A stretch of DNA of 64,000 nt from positions 234,610,001 through 234,674,000 of the forward strand of contig CM097885.1 in NCBI GenBank assembly GCA_044892525.1, written 5' to 3'. Of this stretch, positions 51,924-62,800 are shown piece after piece. Origin of the DNA: Schmidtea polychroa (lineage: Eukaryota). The position numbers and the translations under genes were made by a program. Within the stretch, counting starts at the first letter, position 1; each line of letters begins with the position of its first letter. Under the pieces are notes generated by a model that was not told the DNA's origin, ran no database searches, and was given only the letters and a program-made list of their open reading frames with translations.

Positions 51924-52087
51924 ATGTTTCTAAAAGCAAGGGTGAAAAATATTAGGAAATTAAGAAAAGGTATTAGAAAGACTATTAAAGTTCCAAAGGT
52001 TCCACCAACAACTAGTTATACACCATCTAAAAAACTTGTAACTGAAAATTTCTCTGCAATGAATCTTATTTCGAAAAATCCTAAACC
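51924..52087 (+). pseudogene. 5' part of a basic (Lys/Arg-rich) ORF cut by the insertion at 52088
   Basis: MFLKARVKNIRKLRKGIRKTIKVPKVPP...KNPKP runs into the AGTAG terminus. Confidence 0.5.
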
Positions 52088-53269
52088 AGTAGGGAGTTAG
52101 TGGCCCGCGGCAGCAATAGGGGGGGGGGGTAAAAAATGTTGCAAACTTTTGATTGCATAACTTTTTCCGTAGACATTTTTTGATTACATAATTGTTGCCG
52201 TAATGCCCAATGTTTTCTGGGATTTTAAATACAAAATTTTTTTTTTTTTTTTTTTTTTTCAATAAACAAGCCAAGGATAAATATTATTTGGGTGGGTCTC
52301 CTTGGTCCTGAGAATTTCAATAGAAAAAGGTAGTCTTCAATAAAAAAGCATGGATTTTTCACACTATAGTGAGGGGATCTTCTTGGTCATGAGAATTTCA
52401 ATAGAAAAGGTGGTTTACATTAAAAAACGCATAGTAAATTTTTAAAATAAAGTAAATTATGGGTCTAAAATTTAAAAATAAAGTAAATGATGGGTATAAA
52501 AATTTAAGTAAATCAAGGTTCAGATTTATTTTTGAAATAAAGTAAATTATGGTCTAAATAAGTAAATTATGGGCTAAGATTTTTCAATTAAAGTAAATAA
52601 TGGTTCTAAAAAAATTAAATTACAGTAAATTATGGTCCAAATTTTTAAATTAAAGTAAATTATGGTTCTTAAAAATTAAATTAAAGTAAATTATGGTTCT
52701 TAAAAATTAAATTAAAGTAAATTATGGTCAAAATTTTTGAATTACAGTCCAAAAATTTAAATTAAAGTAAATTATGATCCAAATTTTTAAATTAAAGTAA
52801 ATAATGGTCCTAAAAAATTATATTAAAGTAAATAATGGTCCAAATATTTTAAATTACAGTAAATAATGGTTCTAAAAATTAAATTACAGTAAATAATGGT
52901 CAAAAATTTTAAAATTAAAGTAAATTATGGTTCTAAAAATTAAATTAAAGTTAATTAAGGTCCAAATTTTAAAATTAAATAATCAATGGTAAAAAAAAAT
53001 TTAAATTAAAGTTAAATAAGTAAATTAAAGTAATAATTTTTAAATAAGTAAATTAAAGTAATGTAATAAGTAAATTAAAGTAAGATTTTTAAATTTATTA
53101 ACAAAAATAGAAGGTGTTTGAGAATTGAAATTTTTTAATGGAAATTTTAATGAATTATTTTTTAAGTAATTTTTAATAGAAATTTTTATGAATAATTTTC
53201 AATGGTAATTTTTAATGGAAATTTTAATAGAATAATTTTTAAGATAATTTTTAATGAAAATTTTTATGA

Positions 53270-53270
<1 letters not shown>

Positions 53271-53328
<58 letters not shown>
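53271..53328. repeat. (AAT)n microsatellite
   Basis: Direct reading. Confidence 0.95.
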
Positions 53329-53331
<3 letters not shown>

Positions 53332-53518
53332 TAATATTAATAATATATCAACCAAATACTATACAACACATAAAAAATTAACTAAACACATAAAAATAAC
53401 TAGACACATAACAAAACATATAAACATTAACTAAACACATAAAAATGAACTAGACACATAACAAACATAAAAATTTACCAAATAACAAATGTAAAGATAT
53501 AAAATTTATTCAATAAAA

Positions 53519-56500
53519 TTAGTCCTCATCGGACAAAATAACGTCATCGATATCGATGTCATCTTCTCCAAAATCTTCATTTAATTCTTCCTCATCTTCT
53601 CCATCATTTTCTCCAACATTTTCTGAAACATTTTCTGCAACAATTTCTCCAACATTTTCTCCAATATTTAATTCACTTAATCTTACATGCCCATATGCAA
53701 GACTAGTATTTTGCCCCACCCAAACCCTTTTGTCATCTTTGTTAGTTAGTGCTATTTTTGTGTTTTTAATTGTAAAAATTTGATGATTTTTGCTTGTTAT
53801 TTTAGTCTGAGGAACCGAAAAAATCTGGTTAGTGTTATAACAATCCAGGTATGACTGATGTTTTATGTCACTACCTTTCAATGTTACACCTTTAGCCTTT
53901 TTTGTTTCCTCATCACCCAACAAGCTATAACATTTAGGTCTAAGAAAAACCCACTCCTTATATTTAAGACCTTTATTCTCGTCTTTGAACCTTCCAATGA
54001 CTGAATCAAGGTTCTTACTATATAAGGAATGACAACTATTGTAATTGGAAGTATCCAATAAATTATCTCGAACCATTGCAGGTAAAAGAACCTCAAGTTT
54101 ACAGTTAATGACTTCGAGGAAAAAAGAATCTGTATCACCTGCAACGATATTAATTTTACAATTAAACTCATTGCGAAATGATTCTAAATCCTTATATTGC
54201 AATTCATACATTCTAAGTTTAGATAGATCAAGTACAGATTGACCAATGTAACTCGGTCTATCTAAACATATAGAATCGGAATTCAATAGTGCTGCAATTA
54301 AATTATCTGCTATTTTAATAGATTTTTTAAAAGTCGGTTTTGACGAATATTTAACTAATTTACCGGCAGTTGTACAAAGACGAAGATTCATTCTTCTCTT
54401 TAAATTTTCAACTGTTTTGCCGTATAAACTATTATTTAGCAATTTATAATAATTTTTATCTAAGCTATTTACGCTTTTTGATCTTAATTCGGTATTTGTA
54501 TCTATATATTTTTTAAAAATTGGTGATTGCTTAAATCTTACACCCCTATTTACACGTGTTACTTTAACACCAAGTTCCAAATATAATTTTAATAATCTCC
54601 AATGAATAACATAATTAGATTTTGGAAGATGAGTTAATAATAATTTTTCAACCTTAGACCCAGCAGGTTTCATTTTTTCAGCAGCTACAGGGAAATCATC
54701 CAACTTATCATGAAGCTCAGAAGGAATTACAAGATCAACTTCAAGTGTGTATCCATAAGACAAAGATTCAAGATTTAAATTCCTACATTCATCCATTATT
54801 TTATCAAATCCATCAAGAACCCAACAAAATTCGCCACAAGGTAATGATTGACTTAAAGCCCAGCCATAAAGATTATTAATATCTATATATAGTAACTCAG
54901 TGTTCTCGTCGGTTTTTACGTAATGCTTATTCACAAAAGTAAGACCGCCTCTTATTCCACCCTCATAAAAGCTAAACATTTCGTTTTCAGTTATGAGTTC
55001 AATTGGTTCATTTAAAGACATTAATGCAGAAGACCAAGACATGCCTGGAATTCCGAAATAATTCAATGGTTCCAATCTATTGTGAGCAATGGATTTCAAC
55101 CGAAACTGATGAAAGAAATCAGCCAAAAGAAAACAATCAAGTTTTAGGTAGATCATCATATAATCTAATAAAGTTACGCAATTAGTTTCTACCCAAATCT
55201 CCTGAGCTTTTTCATACTCAAGCTCAGTGACACCCTCCCAGATTGGTGGTAATTCATAAGTAGTTTGGAGAATATCTAAAGAAGTGGCGAAATTATAAGG
55301 GAAGATTCCTTTTTCACTTACTATGGTGCCAGAAAAAGCAGAATTAGTAAAAGGCAAAGAATTCAAAGTTTTGACTGCTTTAGCCAAAGAATCATTGACA
55401 AATTGATACGAATCAATGAATCTTAGGCTAATTTTACCTAAATGAGCAATCAAAGATATAAATTTTTCCGTAGTTATTGGGATGCACCCTAAATTCCAAT
55501 TTTTAAATTTATTTAATCCATATTTAAGTATATGGTGCATATCGTATCCCTTCAAGTTGTGAAATACGATAGGCAAAATTTTATTTATTTTCCTATTTAC
55601 GTTACATGTGCTACAAGCTGCACCCAAGTATTTCCCCGTAAAATGATCGTGATCTCTAACAGGATCGACGATAGATTTCATACAAAGATAACAAACAGAT
55701 GCACTAACAAATTGACGTTGTTCAATTTTTGTTAATTTCATCATAGGTTTCCTACCCATTTTATAATAAAAAGGAAGAACCTTATTTAATGCTATATCCT
55801 CTATAGCACTTAAAAAACTCTCGACGCAATCTAAACCTATGAACTGCTGATAAGATTTAGATCCGTCAAAGTTATTTACAAGTAAAAGACCAGCAGATAT
55901 TGGCATGTGTCGTTGGAAATGATCATTATCAGAAGGTAAAATAGCCTCAAAATCTGCATAAACTACAAAAGGAGGAGTTACTGTTTTCGACCAGTCAGTA
56001 AACTGTAATAATTTATTTTGAGGGAAGGTGTAAAGAGTTGTTCCTAATTGATTACGTTTACATAATATTTCATGTTTTTCTAGTGCGTGTTTATTATTAA
56101 ACCCATTCAAACACCGATGGCACCATAATGAACGTATGCGTGTAGGACAACTAGTGTTGATATGACAATTCATTAACTTATTTAAATTACTTATAGCAAC
56201 GTAATGGAAATTGTTTCCTTTATTTAATAATAGTAAATTAATTACAGTTCCATTTAAAACTTTGGAACGATGTATAATATCTAAATGTGGGTGTTTTAAT
56301 ACGTAATTATCTATTAATTGTTTGTTATTGTCATAAGAAAAAACGTTAATTATTAAGCCTGGATTTTTGGCCTCGAATTTTCTAATATCTTTTAATTTCA
56401 TGGGTAAGTCCAATGGATTATATATTAATTCAGATAAATTATAACTGGATGTCCTATTTCTAGCATAACTACTAACCTCATCATATTTTAAAATAGCTAA

Positions 56501-57860
56501 AATGCTATATAAAAAACATGAATCGTCGGTGTTTTTTATATTAATTAAACAATATTTATTTTTTAGATAAGTAGGTGTTTCAATGAAACTCCTACCACTT
56601 AATCTACTTAGCCTACTTATTTTTGTTATGGTGAAATGTATTTCAGTGATATTTTTTATATTCCAACTGCTTCCTAACTCAGTAATATTAGTAATTTTCT
56701 CATTTAATTCCTTAATGCCTTCATCAAAAAATGATGCAGTTAAAGGCTTTGCATAATTTGAGATATTATTAACCTTTATTTCCCCGTCTTTTTCAAATTC
56801 GATTGTTATTCCGAATTGAATTTTGACGGAGCCTAATTCGTTAATAATATCTCGTAATTTTTTTATTAGTTGTTCAGGAAATATTATTTCTTTTATATTT
56901 AAGTCGCTTGTATTTAAGCTTAATATTTGATGGGTACCTCTTAGATCTTTTTGTATTATTGGAACATTTCCACCTATTTGTATTATATTTAATCCATCCC
57001 AAGAGTCAAGGGAAATATTATCTAATCCAACCTGGGATTCAACAACCAATCCATCATGGGATTCGACAACCAATCCATCATTGGATTCCACAAAAGGCAA
57101 TCCGACCTGGGATTCAAAAGAAGAAGTATCTAATTTAATTTTTTAATTTTTATTATTTTTTTCTATAGTTGAGGGTCTTTTAAAAACACTATCTTTTTTA
57201 AAATTAAACCTATCTAAATGATTTTTATGTTTATTATAAAAAACGCTATATGTTACGGGGTCACTAGTCTTACATACGGGACATATAAAATAAGTTTTAT
57301 TATAATATTTTTTCGTATAATAATTCTCCATTATAGAATGGCAATTATTATCATGTTCTTTCGATGAACAATAATTTGGGTAAAGTATACCTATAAAATA
57401 AAAATTTAATAAAAAAAATATAATTTAAATGAAATATTTTAGTAAATGTTTACGCAAAAATTTGCAAATTATTATTATTTTACAAATTTTATTTACTAAA
57501 AAATAAAAATTTACTAAATTAAAAATATTAACATTTACTTAAATAAAAAATTATATTAAATTTCCTTTAAATTATAAAAAGTAATCAATACTTACATTGT
57601 AAATTTTCATTTCGATTTATTGACACATTGACATAATTTTTTTCTTTATTCGTATTACCTAAATTATTAATTAATTAAATCAATAAATTAAAAATTATGT
57701 TTACTTTTTCTTTTCAAATTTCCTTTAATCTTAGATTTTAAATTGTCTTCATTAATATTATCTAAATTAATTAATAAATTAATTAATAAATAAATTAAAA
57801 TTTACCAAATTTCTGAATTTTTTCTCGGACATTCATAACGTTTTCTATTAAAGAATTCAT
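53519..57860 (-). CDS. Protein-primed family B DNA polymerase. Predicted exons 57860-57806, 57761-57705, 57658-57596, 57390-53519; one in-frame TAA at 57143-57145
   Basis: Exonuclease motifs VYADFE, HNLKGYD and YLKLD. Polymerase motifs YIDINNLYG, KLLNNSLYGK and GDTDS. Endonuclease-VII-like insert CYLC...DHDHFTGKYLGAACSTCN. Three phase-1 introns preserve the frame. The core ORF 53519..57100 is secure; the leader is predicted. Confidence 0.92.
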
Positions 57861-58259
57861 TTTTAAAGGTTAACTATTTGTTAAATGTGACTAATGATTG
57901 ATAATTGTTTATAGATTATTATTGTTTATAGATTATTATTGTTCATAGGAACAAATTCTAACCAATCAAAATCAAGGAAGGGTAGGAAAAAATTAATTTA
58001 TTTTAAAACACATTTTGACGCTAAAGTTGACTTATTTAACATTTTCATAATAATTTAATAAAAATAATGTGATGAACACACAAAGTAATATCATTTTTCA
58101 TCAAATTGCAAAACAGTAATAACGTTTTCATAAAATTGTAACAAAGTAATAACATATTTCAGATAAATTTTCAACAGTTGTAAAATATTTATCAAATTGT
58201 AACTAAAATAATAAAAATATTGCAACAAAGTAATAAAATAATACAACATTTTAAACTCT

Positions 58260-58830
58260 AGATCAATCCATTTTATAGAAAATTAAATTTTATCTATATA
58301 ATATATGAATAAATATCCAAGGAAATTACGTTAACGTATAATAAATACAAATTTATCGTAAAAACATGTGTGTATTACACACAAAACAAGATACATAATT
58401 TCTAATCAATCCATTTTATAGAAAATTAAATTTTATCTATATATTATATGAATAAAATCCTAAGAAAATTACGTTAACTGTATAATAAATACAAATTTAT
58501 CGTAAAAACATGTGTGTATTACACACAACATACGAGACATAATTTCTAATCAATCCATTTTATAGAAAATTAAATTTTATCTATATATCATATGAATAAA
58601 ATCCTAAGAAAATTACGTTAACTGTATGAAAAATACAAATTTATCGTAAAAACATGTGTGTATTACACACAACATACGAGACATAATTTTTAATCAAGCT
58701 ATTTTATAGAAAATTAAATTTTATCTATATATTAAATGAATAAAAATCCAAGAAAATAACGTTAAGCGCGCGAAAAAATACAAATTTATTGTAAAAACAT
58801 GTGTGCATTACACACAAAGCACCAAACTGA
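58260..58830. repeat. About 4 tandem copies of a 142-145-bp unit with internal hairpins; mirrored at ~59950-60520
   Basis: tcaatccatt at 58263, 58405 and 58550, variant at 58694. Units contain tgtgtgtattacacaca and ttacgttaac. Confidence 0.85.
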
Positions 58831-58937
58831 AATTGTAATTGCGCCATGTTGTAGAGAATTAAATTCTGCCTATACATGGTTACACTTAAATCTCGATCAG
58901 ACATGTGAAAAGAGACATAAAAGATAAAAAACAGTAG

Positions 58938-59839
58938 AGTAGTATGATGTGGGCCATCCCGGCCATGTCCCCTCCAGATCACATATACCCCCTCCCCCCC
59001 CCCCCGGGAAAAAATTTTATTTTTTTTTTTAGAACGATGCCTAATATTTTTAGAACTATTACGTAATCAATGCCTAATATTTTTAGAACGATGCCTAATA
59101 TTTTTAGAACTATTACGTAATTTTTTTTAAATTAAGTGATCCAGCGGGGACCTACTTTTTTTCATCCCAAAAATTATTGTTCCCGCCAACATATTATATT
59201 GATCGATAGCTTATTTTAAAGCTCTGTGCAAGAACTTTCTAATGAGATATAGATTTTTATCATACGATGACTCATCACATTTTTAGAACAAAGACAATGA
59301 CTCATCACATTTTTAGAATGATGCCTAATATTTTTAGAATGATTACGTCATATTTTTAGAACGATGTCTATTATTTTTAGAATGATTACATCATACTTTT
59401 AGAATGATGCCTAATATTTTTAGAGCGATTACGTCATACTTTTAGAACGATGCCAAATATTTTTAGAATGGTGCCTAATATTTTTAGAACGATTACGTCA
59501 TACTTTTAGAACGATGCCTATTATTTTTAGAATGATGCCTAATATTTTTAGAACTATTACGTAATCAATGCCTAATATTTTTAGAACGATACCTAATATT
59601 TTTAGAACTATTACGTAATTTTTTTAAATTAATTGGTCCAGCGGTGACCTACTTTTTTTCTTCCCAAAAGTAATGTTTCCATCATCCGAATTTATTAATC
59701 AAACACTTATTTTAAAGCCCAGTGCAAAATCTATATACTGATATATAAATATTATTATTAACATTATTTTACACACGGGGGGGAGAGGGTATATGTGGCC
59801 GAGCGGGCTACTGGCCGGGCGGGCCCACATCATACTACT
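58938..59839. mobile_element. 902-bp Polinton-type mini-element 'C' at the axis of a large inverted duplication
   Basis: Ends AGTAGTATGATGTGGGCC...GGCCCACATCATACTACT. The interior is a tttttagaacgatgcctaata / gattacgtca array. Flanks are inverted (CAGTAG / CTACTG) rather than a direct TSD. Confidence 0.75.
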
Positions 59840-62800
59840 CTACTGTTTTTTATCTTTTATGTCTCTTTTCACATGTCTGATCGAGATTTAAGTGTAACCA
59901 TGTATAGGCAGAATTTAATTCTCTACAACACGGCGCAATTACAATTTCAGTTTGATGCTTTGTGTGTAATGCACACATGTTTTTACAATAAATTTGTAGT
60001 TTTTCGCGCGGTTAATGTAATTTTCTTGGATTTTTATTCATATATTATATAGATAAAATTTAATTTTCTATAAAATAGCTTGATTAAAAATTATGTCTCG
60101 TATGTTGTGTGTAATACACACATGTTTTTACGATAAATTTGTATTTTTCATACAGTTAACGTAATTTTCTTAGGATTTTATTCATATGATATATAGATAA
60201 AATTTAATTTTCTATAAAATGGATTGATTAGAAATTATGTCTCGTATGTTGTGTGTAATACACACATGTTTTTTACGATAAATTTGTATTTATTATACAG
60301 TTAACGTAATTTTCTTAGGATTTTATTCATATAATATATAGATAAAATTTAATTTTCTATAAAATGGATTGATTAGAAATTATGTATCTTGTTTTGTGTG
60401 TAATACACACATGTTTTTACGATAAATTTGTATTTATTATACGTTAACGTAATTTCCTTGGATATTTATTCATATATTATATAGATAAAATTTAATTTTC
60501 TATAAAATGGATTGATCTAGAGTTTAAAATGTTGTATTATTTTATTACTTTGTTGCAATATTTTTATTATTTTAGTTACAATATTCTTTTTAATTTGTTG
60601 TCCATCTTCGAAATAATGTATTGATTTGTCTTAATTACCATTATTATTTTATTACTTTGTTGCAATATTTTTATTATTTTAGTTACAATTTGATAAATAT
60701 TTTACAACTTTGTTGAAATTTTCTGAAATATGTTACTACTTTGTTGTAATATTTTCTAATCTTGTTACAATTTGCTTAAATATTTTACAACTGTTGAAAA
60801 TTTATCTGAAATATGTTATTACTTTGTTACAATTTTATGAAAACGTTATTACTGTTTTACAATTTGATGAAAAATGATATTACTTTGTGGGTTCATCACA
60901 TTATTTTTATTAAATTATTATGAAAATGTTAAATAAGTCAACTTTAGCGTCAAAATGTGTTTTAAAATAAATTAATTTTTTCCTACCCTTCCTTGATTTT
61001 GATTGGTTAGAATTTGTTCCTATGAACAATAATAATCTATAAACAATAATAATCTATAAACAATAATAATCTATAAACAATAATCAATCATTAGTCACAT
61101 TTAACAAATAGTTAACCTTTAAAAATGAATTCTTTAATAGAAAACGTTATGAATGTCCGAGAAAAAATTCAGAAATTTGGTAAATTTTAATTTATTTATT
61201 AATTAATTTATTAATTAATTTAGATAATATTAATGAAGACAATTTAAAATCTAAGATTAAAGGAAATTTGAAAAGAAAAAGTAAACATAATTTTAAATTT
61301 ATTGATTTAATTAATTAATAATTTAGGTAATACGAATAAAGAAAAAAATTATGTCAATGTGTCAATAAATCGAAATGAAAATTTACAATGTAAGTATTGA
61401 TTACTTTTTATAATTTAAAGGAAATTTAATATAATTTTTTATTTAAGTAAATGTTAATATTTTTAATTTAGTAAATTTTTATTTTTTAGTAAATAAAATT
61501 TGTAAAATAATAATAATTTGCAAATTTTTGCGTAAACATTTACTAAAATATTTCATTTAAATTATATTTTTTTATTAAATTTTTATTTTATAGGTATACT
61601 TTACCCAAATTATTGTTCATCGAAAGAACATGATAATAATTGCCATTCTATAATGGAGAATTATTACACAAAAAAATATTATAATAAAACTTATTTTATA
61701 TGTCCCGTATGTAAGACTAGTGACCCCGTAACATATAGCGTTTTTATAATAAACATAAAAATCATTTAGATAGGTTTAATTTTAAAAAAGATAGTGTTTT
61801 TAAAAGACCCTCAACTATAGAAAAAAATAATAAAAATAAAAAAATTAAATTAGATACTTCTTCTTTTGAATCCCAGGTCGGATTGTCTTTTGTGGAATCC
61901 AATGATGGATTGGTTGTCGAATCCCATGATGGATTGGTTGTTGAATCCCAGGTCGGATTAGATAATATTTCCCTTGATTCTTGGGATGGATTAAATATAA
62001 TACAAATAGGGGGTAATGTTCCAATAATACAAAAAGATCTAAGGGGTACCCATCAAATATTAAGTTTAAATACTAGCGACTTAAATATAAAGGAAATAAT
62101 ATTTCCTGAACAATTAATTATAAAATTACGAGATATTATTAACGAATTAGGCTCCGTCAAAATTCAATTCGGAATAACAATCGAATTTGAAAAAGATGGG
62201 GAAATAAAGGTTAATAATATTTCGAATTACGCAAAACCTTTAACTGCCTCATTTTTTGACGAAGGCATTAGGGAACTAAACGAGAAAATAAGTAATATCA
62301 CAGAGTTAGGAAGTAGCTGGATCATAAAAAAAAATAACAGAAATTCACTTCACCATAACAAAGATAAGTAGGCTAAGTAGATTAAGTGGTAGGAGTTTCA
62401 TTGAACTACCTACTTATCTAAAAAATAAATATTGTTTAATTAATATAAAAAACACCGATGATTCATGTTTTTTATATAGCATTTTAGCTATTTTAAAATA
62501 TGATGAGGTTAGTAGTTATGCTAGAAATAGGACATCCAGTTATAATTTATCTGAGTTAATATATAATCCATTGGACTTACCCATGAAATTAAAAGATATT
62601 AGAAAATTCGAGGCCAAAAATCCTGGTTTAATAATTAACGTTTTTTCTTATGACAATAACAAACAATTAATAGATAATTACGTTTTAAAACACCCACATT
62701 TAGACATTATACATCGTTCCAAAGTTTTAAATGGAACTGTAATTAATTTACTATTATTAAATAAAGGGAACAATTTCCATTACGTTGCTATAAGCAATTT

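Larger units (their letters stand above)
46745..52087. mobile_element. Left part of a gene-bearing Polinton/Maverick (adintovirus-like) element 'B'
   Basis: Terminus AGTAGAGGGATAGCGGCCC follows hAT sequence ending GAGTAT. Repetitive subterminal region, then compact genes including an A32-like ATPase. Interrupted at 52088. Confidence 0.85.
52088..58937. mobile_element. Polinton-type element 'A' (PolB arm) inserted into element B
   Basis: Terminus AGTAGGGAGTTAGTGGCCC. 52290-53330 shares TIR modules with 35478-37500 (gggtctccttggtcctgagaa, aaagtaaattatgg units, agaaggtgtttgagaattgaaattttttaatg). Followed by pPolB. Confidence 0.85.

Noticed and set aside
50779..55735. Antisense or overlapping ORFs (50779, 53556, 53884, 54045, 55003, 55532)
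   Set aside because: Shadows of the TBP-like and PolB genes with no independent support.
58725..60052. Mirrored 85-aa ORFs at 58725(-) and 59795(+)
   Set aside because: They span the mini-element junction and tandem repeats, with no coding features.
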